From Euryarchaeota archaeon UBA88 (lineage in GTDB: Archaea; Thermoplasmatota; Poseidoniia; Poseidoniales; Poseidoniaceae), in NCBI GenBank assembly GCA_002499545.1, contig DAME01000028.1:5684-69683 (forward strand): a stretch of DNA of 64,000 nt, read 5' to 3'. A program made the translations under genes and the position numbers. This document shows, one piece after another, positions 35,001 to 44,920 of the stretch. Positions within the stretch are counted from its first letter, which is position 1; each line of letters starts with the position of its first letter. The notes below the pieces were generated by a model. It was not told the DNA's origin, ran no database searches, and saw nothing but the letters and a program-made list of their open reading frames with translations.

Positions 35001-38000
35001 GGGATGCGTCATTTCTGAAATGTCCCGTGTCACGAGATTGAACCCGACATTCAACGGGTCTGCGAAGCGGACTGATTCGCGTTCAATTTCAGTGAATTGC
35101 GGATTGTTTTCAAATCCAAACAATCCGTCGCCATCGGTTGTGAGCCAAATATAATCGGATGAAATCGTGCCTCCAGTAACACTTTCCATAGCGAACATTT
35201 TGACACTTTGGTGGCTGCTTGAGCGTGCTTCAAGTATCGAGACACCGTTGTTTCCAAATGCAACAAGATGATCTCCATCACTGACCATCTTTTCAACCGG
35301 CCATCCAATCACTTGGTACGAAGGGACACCCGATTCGAATTGGTTTGCAGTGCTGTTCCAGTGGGCCATTGGACCAATATCGGTCGCTACGTGTACGCCC
35401 CAGTAGTCTTTTGCAAGGGCGTCGACGTTGTTCGACGGGAGTTGGTCAAATTCATGCCCTACGATTGTCCCAGATGAAAGCCCAATGGTCGTGACCGCAG
35501 GACGTTCGTTTCCAGCACCGTCGTGGCCGATAAACAGCGTGTTTTCGTTTCCGGTAGCGGATGAAGAATACGAGGTTAGTGACCGAGCAGATGTCCCCAT
35601 TAATCCACCAGCAGACGTGTACACTGTGGTTGCATTGTTAGTAAGATTCATGGATAAAACGCCAGCTGGCGTTGCCATCCAAACATCATTTCCTTCGACC
35701 AGTATGTCTTCGACAATGTTGGTAGGCAGGCCATCAGATGTGGTGAGAGGATTCAACCAGTCACCAGCTGAATAATCCCATCTTCCAACGCCCCCATTGG
35801 TGGCGATGTAGAGAACATTGCTCGTGGAAGCAAAGTTGTTGATTCCGTTTGAAGGCAAACCTCCGAGGAGTTTTCCGTTTCCGTATCCGGTTTGAAGGTC
35901 GTACAGTTGAACTCCTGCAGCAGATCCAGCGCTACCCATTAATCCGAGAACCAATGTTGTTCCATCAAGTACCATTCCGTCAAGATTATTGTGCAGTCCA
36001 CCGTTGATGCGGGTGACAATGCCAGTTAGCGTGTCGAGTTTGTACAATCCAGTCGGTGATGAAGCAATGTACAAATCAGTTCCAATGAGTTCGGCATCTT
36101 GCGCTTTACTGTTGGCTGCCATCGTCCAACCTTCTTGCCAAAGTATTGACCCGTCTGACTGCCGTTCTCCTTGAAGCAATCCTGCTCCACTTGACTGGCC
36201 CTGTCCTTGATTCGTTCCAGCAGTTGTGACCCAGAGGTGGGTCGAATTACCGGTCATGGTGGAGACCTGCCCGCTCACAAGCCCAGGAAGGGTTGCGACT
36301 GTGTTTTGGCCCAGAGAACTCAGGGTATCGACTCGACTAAATCCAGATGATCCGCCTGCTTGACCCATCAACCACTGGTTGTTAATCCACTGGAACGAAG
36401 TGACTGAAGAACCAGCACCGTCGATGTTGGCTTGTGCGTTCGAGTTACCCGATGTGGCGATGATGGTGTATCCTCCACCGATGATGTTGTCGCCATCAAG
36501 TCCAATTCCGTGTCCGAGAACGAGTTGACCATTGGCATAATCGATAGCGTCCCACCATACACGATCACTTGGAAGGTTGTTGGTAGCGGTCGTGATTGGA
36601 GTGAGCCACGAACCTGTTGAATAACCGTATTTTTTGATGTCTGCCTCGTCCTCATAAAAGGCTACATACAGTGTATCGGTTGTGTCGCATGCGACACCTG
36701 AAACTTGTCTGTTGCCAAAGTCAGCGCCAGTGAATGAACCTACGAACGTATCATTGGCCATATCGAAGCGAGCAACTCCACCGTTGTTGGCATAAATTCC
36801 AACGTGGAGTAAGCCTCCACATTCAGCCATCGAAAGGGGATAACCACCAGGGGTTCCACTCTGGCCCATCGTGTACTCATTCCAGGTTGTTCCGTCCCAG
36901 TGCGACACGTGACCACCCTGGAATTGTCCAAAGTTGCTGACATCCCCGCCACCTACAACTAGGTTCAACCCGTCACTCCACAATTCATAAATCTGAGAAC
37001 CGGCGTTGTTTGGAAGACCATTCCCTTCTTCCCACATCGTAAGCCATTGATTGGTGGTTTCGTTATATCGGGCCACACCGTCTTCGGTTGCGAACAACAC
37101 TTCGCCGTTAAATTCGAGTATTTCGCGGATGGGGAAGTCGAAGTCATCATCGTCCCACGTATCCACGGTAGTCCCATCCGGAGCGACGAGTTCGAGATTA
37201 CTTTCACCCCATGAAATCCACATGTTTCCGGTTGAGGATTCATACGCTGTAACGCGGTCTACCTGGCCAATTGGAAGGATACTGTCATCCCATGAGCCGC
37301 TTGAAATGTCCCATTGGGCAATACCTCCAGAACCATCAGTATTCCACCAGTTTCCTGATGAGACACTTACCATAAGTTTGCCATCAACGATGTTCATACC
37401 GTTAACATCGCCACCGTTTTCATCAAGTTCTGCACCCGCATCCAAGGGGTTCAAACTTGCGTAGTTGGCGATATCAATTCTGTAGACGTTATCGCTGCTT
37501 GTGCGGTCATTGTAGTACATGATGTTGCCGTCAACTATCATATCGTGAGGATTACCGTTTCCAGCATACAGGCTACTTGTTTTTTCGATATCATAGACTT
37601 CTGCCCCAGTGGTGGTGTTCAACAACTGAAAACCGTCGTCTCCTCCTATCCAGATTTGTCCGGGGTTAATGTCGGCAACCAATCCAGTTGCTTCTTCATT
37701 TCCACCATCCAATACATTGTCTTCAGTCCAAAGCGTCAGCCATGCATTGTTCGGCATATCATAGCGAGCAATTCCAATTCCGTCCAGAGCAATGTAAGCA
37801 ATGTCGCCAATCACTTCAACAGGAGCATTATCAGTTTGTTCACCTGCCTCCCATTCACCGATCACTTCGTACGGAGAGTCAGTAATGATTCCAACACCAG
37901 AATTCGTTCCTCCAAAGATGTAACCGTATGAATCGGCTTCCACAGAGTAAGTTGCCCAATTTGGCATCCCATCATACGGCGTAAGACAGTCAGGGTCGTC

Positions 38001-40352
38001 GGATGAGATCTGGCTTAATGCCCACTTACATACACCGAGGTTTGTTCCAGCATAAATCGTCGTACCCGAGATCGTGAAATCGAAGTACTGCTGTGGTGCA
38101 GTGTTCCATTGACGCCCTGTTTGGAAAGATGACGAAGTCGAACCATCCCACTTAACTGCGCCGTTAGAGGTCCCGATATACACGGTCGTCCCATCAGCTT
38201 CAATGGCGTAGATGTTGTCGTTGGGAAGAATTTGGGTTGCTGAATTTGAATTCTGTCCACCGTTATTTTCAATCAGCGGCGTCATCAGCTCCCCAGTGGA
38301 AAGATCTTTCCGGGCCACTCCATATCCTGGAATTCCAAAGTAGAGGATGTTGCCAGCCACGGCGACTGGAACATTATCCGCTCCGTTAATTCCAGTTGAT
38401 ATCCAGGGCGTAAGCCACGAGTTGTTGGCCAAGTCGTATCGCAATACACCTTCTTCATCAGTAGCTAGATGCACAATGCTGCCAAAGACTGCAAGGTCTA
38501 CAGCAGGCTCGTAATTCGTGACGGTTGCAACGGGGTTAGCGCCAGAAATGTCGACGGCAATCATTTCACCCTCTCCAGAGATTCCAATTGCTACAGTTCC
38601 ATCAGAATCAACTCCAATAATCTCGTTTTGGCTCAGATCGGTGTTCGCAGCATTCCAAGTTTGTAACAGCGTTCCATTGCTGTGCATTTGGTGCATTCCG
38701 CTTTCAGATGCGATAAAAACATACGAACCATCATTCGTCAATTCATTGACTTCTGTCCCAAGGTAGACGGGTTCCAGCCAGCGAGACGCCTGCGTATCGA
38801 AACGGTTCATCCATTGATCAGCGGCAACAAAGACAACTCCATTTAATTCAGTTGCATCTTGCATTCCCGATGACGTAGGCCCACTACCAATGAGGAGCGT
38901 TCCAGTTTGAAGCGGGTTTGACCCCGGCGTCAATTCTGCAAATGAACCAAATCCATTACCAAGCAGTAAAAGTTCTGCGGTAGGGGCACGTTCTCCAACG
39001 GCTGGCCAGAGGATTAAATCACGACCTTGGTCAGTTAAACCAAAGGTGGTAATTGGTTGCGAGGTTGAGAAAATCCCCGAAGACGTCTGATAGGTGTGCA
39101 GTGTGTCTCCACTGAGGATGAACAATTCCGAACCAGAGCGAGCCATGCCGTTGATGGTGTTGCTTGTGAGCCAATTTGCATCGTTCCATGTCGAGAGCCA
39201 AAATCCAGAACTCCAATCGTACCGAGCCAAACCATCACTTGGTGAAGCAAGCAATAACTGGTTGCCTGAAACCATCATTTCTGAGATTTCATCAGAGTGG
39301 AGGCTGTTTGCCGTCGTCCATGTCGAGAGAGCGTTTCCTGCGCTCAAATCCCATCGAGCGACACCTTCGTCATCGAACGAGACGTACAGGATGTTGTCGA
39401 CTTCAAGCATGTCAAGGGCGGATCCTTCAGATGATTTTGTCAACGGGAAGGTCCAACTTGTCCCGTCCCATTGTGCGACTCCGTTTTGATTTGCAGCGTA
39501 AACGAATCCGTTTGATGCCATGATGAACTGGTCATACCCGGGCAGTGACACTGAGGGCGAAGGCAGAGGGGATTGTTCACTGGTATCATCCAGCGAGAAG
39601 GCATGGAAACCAGCATCGTTGGTGAGCACGTGGAGGAGGTTGTTGGTAAGGTCGACAACCATATCGCTGATTTCAGATTCAAATTCAATGACGTCGATGA
39701 CGATTGGGTCGTTTGCATAGTCGAGTGTGAGGAGTACTTCATCAATCGAGAGGTACATGCGGCCGTCCACTGGATGAAGAGCATGCGCTCCAATTTCGAG
39801 TTCCAGTGGTGTAAGGGAGACAACGGGGTCTACCGGTGCTAAAGCCTCGATGATGAGTTCCGTAATTTCCGCATCGGAAGGCAACGTCCAAGTCGCACCA
39901 GAATCACTGTTTGGAGAAAGACGACCAGAGTAAGGGTTGGAGCCTACAAAACTGTCCTGTGAGCCGAACATTCCGAGGCCTCGCCAGTCAAGGAAACTGG
40001 CCCCGATATCACTGGCGATGAGCATTGGCTCTTCGATCATCAAACCATCGCTTCCATTCACTCTGATTTGGAAGGAAACATTCGATAGATCAGCGCCAGG
40101 TGCAAATTCAAGCGTCCAAGATGTGGAAGCTTGAATGCCGGTACGAGGGTCTGCCCCCGTAGCGTCCAATTGGACCCACCCAGTATCGTTGCTTCCTTCT
40201 GCAGGCCATACAGTATCCGTTGCAGATTCATGTGCAGAAACGGGTGCTACCATCAATGCAGGTGACATGGATGAGAGCACCATGAGAGCGACCAAAAGAA
40301 GTGCTCTGTGAGAGGCGCGGGCAGGCGCATTCGCAGCGGCTGTCGTGTTCAT
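32064..40352 (-). CDS. Giant (2762 aa) cell-surface protein: signal peptide, many Reg_prop-type beta-propeller repeats, Fn3-like modules, C-terminal TM anchor and cytoplasmic tail
   Basis: This is a single uninterrupted ORF. The N-terminal signal is ...LLLVALMVLSSMSPALMVAPVSA. Repeats of the type G(V/L/I)ARYD...W(L)T.W...N.L recur a dozen times or more. The C-terminal third holds modules that open with D.P.DDGG....W. The TM segment LLAAGLLITALFLLIAIF is followed by RSRGGSRSR and a tail of about 110 aa. Confidence 0.85.
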   Translation of the reverse strand: MNTTAAANAPARASHRALLLVALMVLSSMSPALMVAPVSAHESATDTVWPAEGSNDTGWVQLDATGADPRTGIQASTSWTLEFAPGADLSNVSFQIRVNGSDGLMIEEPMLIASDIGASFLDWRGLGMFGSQDSFVGSNPYSGRLSPNSDSGATWTLPSDAEITELIIEALAPVDPVVSLTPLELEIGAHALHPVDGRMYLSIDEVLLTLDYANDPIVIDVIEFESEISDMVVDLTNNLLHVLTNDAGFHAFSLDDTSEQSPLPSPSVSLPGYDQFIMASNGFVYAANQNGVAQWDGTSWTFPLTKSSEGSALDMLEVDNILYVSFDDEGVARWDLSAGNALSTWTTANSLHSDEISEMMVSGNQLLLASPSDGLARYDWSSGFWLSTWNDANWLTSNTINGMARSGSELFILSGDTLHTYQTSSGIFSTSQPITTFGLTDQGRDLILWPAVGERAPTAELLLLGNGFGSFAELTPGSNPLQTGTLLIGSGPTSSGMQDATELNGVVFVAADQWMNRFDTQASRWLEPVYLGTEVNELTNDGSYVFIASESGMHQMHSNGTLLQTWNAANTDLSQNEIIGVDSDGTVAIGISGEGEMIAVDISGANPVATVTNYEPAVDLAVFGSIVHLATDEEGVLRYDLANNSWLTPWISTGINGADNVPVAVAGNILYFGIPGYGVARKDLSTGELMTPLIENNGGQNSNSATQILPNDNIYAIEADGTTVYIGTSNGAVKWDGSTSSSFQTGRQWNTAPQQYFDFTISGTTIYAGTNLGVCKWALSQISSDDPDCLTPYDGMPNWATYSVEADSYGYIFGGTNSGVGIITDSPYEVIGEWEAGEQTDNAPVEVIGDIAYIALDGIGIARYDMPNNAWLTLWTEDNVLDGGNEEATGLVADINPGQIWIGGDDGFQLLNTTTGAEVYDIEKTSSLYAGNGNPHDMIVDGNIMYYNDRTSSDNVYRIDIANYASLNPLDAGAELDENGGDVNGMNIVDGKLMVSVSSGNWWNTDGSGGIAQWDISSGSWDDSILPIGQVDRVTAYESSTGNMWISWGESNLELVAPDGTTVDTWDDDDFDFPIREILEFNGEVLFATEDGVARYNETTNQWLTMWEEGNGLPNNAGSQIYELWSDGLNLVVGGGDVSNFGQFQGGHVSHWDGTTWNEYTMGQSGTPGGYPLSMAECGGLLHVGIYANNGGVARFDMANDTFVGSFTGADFGNRQVSGVACDTTDTLYVAFYEDEADIKKYGYSTGSWLTPITTATNNLPSDRVWWDAIDYANGQLVLGHGIGLDGDNIIGGGYTIIATSGNSNAQANIDGAGSSVTSFQWINNQWLMGQAGGSSGFSRVDTLSSLGQNTVATLPGLVSGQVSTMTGNSTHLWVTTAGTNQGQGQSSGAGLLQGERQSDGSILWQEGWTMAANSKAQDAELIGTDLYIASSPTGLYKLDTLTGIVTRINGGLHNNLDGMVLDGTTLVLGLMGSAGSAAGVQLYDLQTGYGNGKLLGGLPSNGINNFASTSNVLYIATNGGVGRWDYSAGDWLNPLTTSDGLPTNIVEDILVEGNDVWMATPAGVLSMNLTNNATTVYTSAGGLMGTSARSLTSYSSSATGNENTLFIGHDGAGNERPAVTTIGLSSGTIVGHEFDQLPSNNVDALAKDYWGVHVATDIGPMAHWNSTANQFESGVPSYQVIGWPVEKMVSDGDHLVAFGNNGVSILEARSSSHQSVKMFAMESVTGGTISSDYIWLTTDGDGLFGFENNPQFTEIERESVRFADPLNVGFNLVTRDISEMTHPGMEISLANLSSVVTLNPAFGVAGTNGILFQTVPLAFSSPVNNAATWAQSNSLKYNATIELANSENFETSLQFAVDNGVIINGTQFLQMTLRSPSNGSMHVRLVYDYVRTETPVSMTGLLDRPDDGGSALLANWSLVHDDNFARYLVYVNDGPFTTTAGLPLTAADLAGRTIDKAVSLHSRLSSEVTTANGVPLVDGQDYYAVVVVEYDDGHLGTPSAVVGPASPTDEVPMAPLWANAGPHEGGSDGDLEVEWARCTSLDLASTRVYASTVSLTDVLGLTATADVVRQDGNTTVLSLDAGRPYWLGLTCVDESGQEDLMRPLIIGPVVPTGGLNDNTPPPKMQNVDAIDTPDDEGGRITVSWDENPAEDCTFYTIFMRTWDDTDGPMTTTSVDDDAFSQAKIIDDCTETSTTVTSIDGVGLQDGQTYYVGVVAYDDWLNANLDDVDLIEVTPLRNTAGTGGTPDRVGSVEAFDHPDDDGTAVDVVWTISDADDFSHYIVWAADQPISDLSIAWAAFGDDEGACACLKINKQWIDEDYNPIELSISTALYGGESIVDAVPGIIQPDIELFVVVTVHDLAGNVHLTDLPMASVIPVDNLQDTTAPNILESVDLYDRPNDDGSALLIDFELSEASDVAAYEIYAATWSFDSIGIGSTGPTSPIATLSRMPELPFTIDVVAGDTPVIAGQEIWAVVVVRDTAGNALESNLVSASSQAVDDGVDDLGGYLDDIDGVTLSWNEEVNILVEWNHADDPSVRGYRVYISSQEFSSVEEADEVAEIKASNSFLITPNTYEGLVNSTAWYVAVSPFDDLFEKEQVSPMMLDAYRANGDTPAEGEGSETNQFSSLLTTPNLLAAGLLITALFLLIAIFRSRGGSRSRDQALELQEATWGIQDDDWGAYAPATPAPVAKPIPVIDPNQADEIYAAAQRIDNQDIYGRTTYQAQQPVLQPVQNNALMNELVDSSAPQLPKASIDTSFLDDLL

Positions 40353-40589
40353 GATACGCGAGCGTACTTTTGGGGTATTTGAAAGCGGCCCTCATCCGTG
40401 TGGCCAAGTATCGTAAATCCCTTCCTTCTTTGGTCGTTCAATAGGCCTTTTAGGCTATTTTTGTCTTTTTCTCAATTCTTGAATCTCGACCGGCGGTGAA
40501 ATCGTGTACTGCCCAAGAAATACCCCCGGGTAGTCTCGATGCACACAACACTCAAACCAAAGACCTCTTTCGTTGGGTAAGGTCAAGCT

Positions 40590-42908
40590 ATGAATCGAGA
40601 AAGAAAAGAGCGCTTACTCAAAAAAGAGGCGCTGGAATACCACGAATCCGAACCACGTGGTAAAATCCAAGTTGTTCCGACCAAACCCCATGCAACGGCC
40701 CATGAATTGAGCCTTGCTTACTCGCCTGGTGTTGCCTATCCTTGCCTCGAGATTGCAGAGAATCCAGAGCACGCATACCGTTACACCTCGAAAGGCAATC
40801 TCGTGGCGGTAATCTCAAACGGGACTGCCGTACTCGGACTTGGTAACATCGGTGCTCTAGCTAGCAAACCGGTTATGGAAGGAAAGGGCCTGTTGTTGAA
40901 AACCTTCGCTGACATCGATGTATTTGATATTGAAGTTGATACCGAAGACCCTGAAACATTCATTGAAACTGTGGTGAATATCTCCAAGACATTTGGAGGC
41001 ATCAATCTTGAAGATATCAAAGCACCTGAATGCTTTGAAATTGAACGCAGAATCGCTGAAGCAACGGATATTCCAGTGATGCATGACGATCAACACGGTA
41101 CTGCCATCATTTCTGCAGCGGCACTCATCAATGCTGCCGAGTTGCAGGGTAAGCAACTCGAGAATCTCAAAGTGGTCGTCATTGGTGCCGGAGCAAGCGC
41201 CGTTGCATGCGCGAACCATTACATTGCAATCGGTGTCAAGCGAGAACATATTTCGATGGTGGACAGCAAGGGAATTGTTACCAAAGCGCGTCTTGAGGCT
41301 GGAGAATTAAACGAATACAAAGCCCCCTTTGCTCACGCTCGCGAAGCTGGAGAATTGGCTGATGCACTGCGCGGTGCTGACGTGATGCTCGGGCTGTCGC
41401 GTGGAGGATTGGTAAGCCGAGCCATGGTTGCTTCGATGGCCGATAAGCCAATCATCTTCGCTCTTGCCAACCCTACTCCAGAGATTCTACCAGAAGAGAT
41501 TCTTGAAGTTCGGAGTGACGCCATTATTGCAACGGGTCGTTCAGATTATTCGAATCAGGTTAACAACGTTCTCGGTTTCCCTTACATCTTCAGAGGCGCA
41601 CTTGATGTGCGAGCAACCGACATCACCCCTTCAATGAAAATGGCGGCAACCCACGCACTTGCAGAACTTGCCAAAGAACCCGTGCCCGATTACATCTCTG
41701 CGGCGTACGATGGTGCAACTATGCAATACGGCCCGGATTATATTATTCCTAAACCGTTTGACCGAAGGGTCTTGATTTGGGAGGCTTCTGCGGTTGCCCA
41801 AGCTGCCGTTGAAGAGGGCGTTTCGGGCGTGAAGCCTGAGGAATTTTCGCTCAAAGACTACCGAGAACAACTCGAAGGAAGGCTCGGATTATCGTATTCG
41901 ATTATGCGGCATGTCATCAATCAAGTTCGAGGTAAGGACAAACGCATTGTCTTTCCAGAAGGCGATAACGAGAAGGTTATTCGCGCAGCAGCCCAACTGG
42001 TCGAGCAAAAAATATGCCATCCAATTCTCTTAGGCCCTGAAGAGCGTATTCATCGCATGGTTGATGAATTAGGATTGAGTTTTGACTACGAAGTCTTCGA
42101 CCCACGTAAGGATGAACGTAGAAAAGGAATCTATGCGGAACAAGTCCTCCAACATCGCAGTCGAAAAGGAATGACTTACGTCGATGCTAAACGAATTTTG
42201 AAATCTCGGCCTTACTTTGCAAGCCAGATGGTTTGCAACGGTGATGCAGATGGATTTGTCGGTGGAGTGAGTCGGAATTACGGTGACGTACTTCGTCCAA
42301 CACTGGAACTAATTGGACCGGATGAAAAGGCACACTGCGTTATTGGATGCTACATGATGAACGTCAAGGGGCGTACGATTTTCTTGGCAGATGCGACTGT
42401 TAACGTCTATCCAGACAGTCGGACCTTGGCAGAAATTGCGGTTCAAACCGCAAAGGTCGCACGAAGGTTTGGCGTTGACCCGAAGGTTGCAATGCTCTCA
42501 TTTTCCAATTTTGGTTCGAATCGAGCACAGCGCTCCGAACGAATTGAAGATGCGATTGACTTCGCACGAGAATTGGACCCTTCTCTGGTTATCGATGGCC
42601 CAATGCAAGCCGACACTGCGTTAAGCCCTGATGTCCAAAGCGAATACCCGTTCATGAATTTTGACGGTCCGGCCAACGTGTTAGTCCTACCGAACCTCGC
42701 ATCGGCAAACATTGCTTACAAGTTGCTTGAGGAACTCGGTGGAGCAGAGATGACCGGCCCAATTCTTGAAGGGATGGATAAACCAGTTCAGTTGGTCGCC
42801 CGTCAAGACGGTGTTCGACACATCGTTAACATGGCTGCAATATGCGCGGCTGATGCCATCCGTCAAGATTCTTATTGGGAGTCGCTGGTCGCTCCAGTTA
42901 AGGAGTAA
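40590..42908 (+). CDS. maeB: NADP-dependent malic enzyme, MaeB type (malic enzyme fused to a PTA-like domain)
   Basis: 772 aa. The motifs are ...LAYSPGVA..., ISNGTAVLGLGNIG and FGGINLEDIKAPECF, with the NAD(P) fold VVIGAGASA. The C-terminal half, about 330 aa, is phosphate-acetyltransferase-like. Confidence 0.9.
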   Translation: MNRERKERLLKKEALEYHESEPRGKIQVVPTKPHATAHELSLAYSPGVAYPCLEIAENPEHAYRYTSKGNLVAVISNGTAVLGLGNIGALASKPVMEGKGLLLKTFADIDVFDIEVDTEDPETFIETVVNISKTFGGINLEDIKAPECFEIERRIAEATDIPVMHDDQHGTAIISAAALINAAELQGKQLENLKVVVIGAGASAVACANHYIAIGVKREHISMVDSKGIVTKARLEAGELNEYKAPFAHAREAGELADALRGADVMLGLSRGGLVSRAMVASMADKPIIFALANPTPEILPEEILEVRSDAIIATGRSDYSNQVNNVLGFPYIFRGALDVRATDITPSMKMAATHALAELAKEPVPDYISAAYDGATMQYGPDYIIPKPFDRRVLIWEASAVAQAAVEEGVSGVKPEEFSLKDYREQLEGRLGLSYSIMRHVINQVRGKDKRIVFPEGDNEKVIRAAAQLVEQKICHPILLGPEERIHRMVDELGLSFDYEVFDPRKDERRKGIYAEQVLQHRSRKGMTYVDAKRILKSRPYFASQMVCNGDADGFVGGVSRNYGDVLRPTLELIGPDEKAHCVIGCYMMNVKGRTIFLADATVNVYPDSRTLAEIAVQTAKVARRFGVDPKVAMLSFSNFGSNRAQRSERIEDAIDFARELDPSLVIDGPMQADTALSPDVQSEYPFMNFDGPANVLVLPNLASANIAYKLLEELGGAEMTGPILEGMDKPVQLVARQDGVRHIVNMAAICAADAIRQDSYWESLVAPVKE

Positions 42909-43734
42909 CCCGTTCTCCATCTTCGAACATCACCGTTGGACGCTTTGGTCTCCAAAATGCGCCAGTGACAAAGCCGGCGCAAAGTCCGCCGAACAGTAGA
43001 TTCACCCATCCTGTTACCGCATACCCCCCCATTCCACGAGCAATTGGAATCGCAAACGATGGGATGACGCCCAACACACCAGTCCAGAACAATTCGCCCC
43101 GAATATTAGCGAACAAGTCGGCAGTTGTAGGGACCTGAATTGCCGGTCCGGTTCGAACAGGCGTGATCACAAAGCGGGTGACGACTTCCGCTAGTTCGCG
43201 ATCCATAGGGGCGCTTGAAAGCGCAGTTACCCCTTCCTGAGTTGGATGTGTTTCAATCGCAGCTCGGTGTGTTGCCATCGGTCCCAAACCCTGGAAGTGG
43301 CGCGGTCTGCCATCCATCATCGCCCCTCTATAATTATCCGATACGCCATCAGCCAATACTTCCACCATCTTTGGATTGAGTTCCAACTGTAGTTGCTCAT
43401 GTGCCAATTGCCATTCACCTTCACTCGGGCTTCGAACCTCCCATCGAATCGAGGAATCGAGGCGGAATTCATCGGGGTCAAAAGTGCTGTTAAAGTGAGA
43501 TTCAAGGTGTTGAATACGGGCTCCGTTGAGAACGATTGTCCCTTCGACTTCAGGAAAAAATTTCATCAGATTCGCCTGCGAAAATACCCTTTTCATGATG
43601 AAGAAGTCGGGGCATTTCACCTCATGGTGGGGGCGTTGGCTGGCGTAAATCCATCCACCTTTACGGGTTCCAAGAAATGTGCTTGCCCCCTCTACAGCAT
43701 GGAATTCAATTCCTAAGTGCTGGAGTGCATTCAA
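42898..43734 (-). CDS. Hypothetical protein with C-terminal TM helices
   Basis: 278 aa with a coherent ORF and no recognised motif. The C-terminal hydrophobic segments are FWTGVLGVIPSFAIPIA and VTGWVNLLFGGLCAGFVTGAF. Confidence 0.45.
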   Translation of the reverse strand: MNALQHLGIEFHAVEGASTFLGTRKGGWIYASQRPHHEVKCPDFFIMKRVFSQANLMKFFPEVEGTIVLNGARIQHLESHFNSTFDPDEFRLDSSIRWEVRSPSEGEWQLAHEQLQLELNPKMVEVLADGVSDNYRGAMMDGRPRHFQGLGPMATHRAAIETHPTQEGVTALSSAPMDRELAEVVTRFVITPVRTGPAIQVPTTADLFANIRGELFWTGVLGVIPSFAIPIARGMGGYAVTGWVNLLFGGLCAGFVTGAFWRPKRPTVMFEDGERVTP

Positions 43735-43743
43735 ACGAACCCC

Positions 43744-44436
43744 TCACTGTGATGTCTGTTCCATTCGGTGGTACCATTCCATTCCATTGGCATGGTCTTG
43801 AAGCAACGAAAATTGAGGGAATGGAGAGATTGATCTCATGTAGCCATACACTGCAAAATCGACCAAGTCAGGGGAGTCTCCACCAAAAAAGGAGTGTTCA
43901 CCGTGCTCGTCGGTGAATTCGGTTAACAGGTCGTGCCACAATTGCTTGGGTTTACGCCCGTCTTTTTTGACGCGCTTTTTTGCGATAATCCCCCACATGA
44001 CTGGAAATCCAGCCCATGCATAGAGTCGTCGTGAAAAAAATCCAAACTTTTCAATTTTTGAGATTCGAGTTGTTGTTTGAAGTGCAGAACCGATGGTGCC
44101 GTAGAGAATAGGAACGGTTGCTTTCGACATTTTGGTATCGGCCCAATTCAACCACTCATCCTGCCGCTGTTTATCACCAAGTGCCGCTAATTTCCCGCTG
44201 TTGTATGTCGCGTCCAGATGCCGTAGTAGCGGTGTTGAATCAACGAAAAACTCACCCTTTTCATCGGTGAAAACGGGAACCTTCCCCCAATCCCCAGCAA
44301 AAGCAACTTCTTTCTTGATTTTCATTCCATTGACACTGACGATATTGACGTCTAGTCCTAGGTACTCGACCAAGCCTCTGACTTTCCAGCAAAACGGACA
44401 GGTGTAAAGAATATGCAAAGTTGGCGCGAGACTCAT
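43744..44436 (-). CDS. Glutaredoxin-2 / GST-like (PGES2-like) thiol transferase
   Basis: The N-terminus has LHILYTCPFCWKVRGLVEYLGL (CPFC redox motif in a Grx/GST-N fold), followed by a helical GST-C-like half. ATG 44436 is preferred because it removes the 43-nt overlap with the upstream ORF. The track start is 44505. Confidence 0.6.
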   Translation of the reverse strand: MSLAPTLHILYTCPFCWKVRGLVEYLGLDVNIVSVNGMKIKKEVAFAGDWGKVPVFTDEKGEFFVDSTPLLRHLDATYNSGKLAALGDKQRQDEWLNWADTKMSKATVPILYGTIGSALQTTTRISKIEKFGFFSRRLYAWAGFPVMWGIIAKKRVKKDGRKPKQLWHDLLTEFTDEHGEHSFFGGDSPDLVDFAVYGYMRSISPFPQFSLLQDHANGMEWYHRMEQTSQ

Positions 44437-44462
44437 GACTTCAACCGAATGGCTATCCTTCT

Positions 44463-44813
44463 TCAATCCTCGTTCGCGCTGGATGGTTTCCATCCTGCTT
44501 TCCAAAATTCAAGGTTGTCCAACCAGTTCACCCATTCACTGTCATCGCACGACAGAAGTCGAAAAGCCCTCGATTCTAATCCCTCACGATTCGCAGCGCT
44601 GAGTACCCCTTCTATCGCTGCGTCATTCCATTCGACCTGCATTCTTCGGATATGACGGCGAGCCTCTTCAGGGTTGTCAAAATTCATCTCACATGTGTCG
44701 CGAAGTTCAGAAATCCAAGTACGAGCGTCTTTGAGCAACGGGTCGTTGACAATCTTTCGGGCTGTGTTTTTCTTCCCAAAAGGCCACCATCCCATACCCC
44801 TCTGACCGGCCAC
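44463..44813 (-). CDS. Hypothetical small protein (116 aa)
   Basis: This ORF has no recognisable motif. It is Trp-rich (WWPF, EWND, EWVNWL, FWKAGW) and co-oriented with the GST-like gene. Confidence 0.4.
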   Translation of the reverse strand: MAGQRGMGWWPFGKKNTARKIVNDPLLKDARTWISELRDTCEMNFDNPEEARRHIRRMQVEWNDAAIEGVLSAANREGLESRAFRLLSCDDSEWVNWLDNLEFWKAGWKPSSANED

Positions 44814-44920
44814 GAACCCTTAACGGCATCGCAGAAGCATTACAAAACCCTTCTCGATTTGTATACCGCATGGACCGGTCACTGATGCAAGTTCATCAAC
44901 CATGAGGTTCACGCAGTGTC

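Noticed and set aside
40440-40480. AT-rich segment with a short imperfect inverted repeat (ATAGGCCTTTTAGGCTAT) between the giant gene and maeB
   Set aside because: The stem has only 4 clean base pairs and a mismatch. Both flanking genes diverge from this spacer, so a terminator makes no sense here. It probably belongs to ordinary AT-rich promoter DNA, so I made no call.
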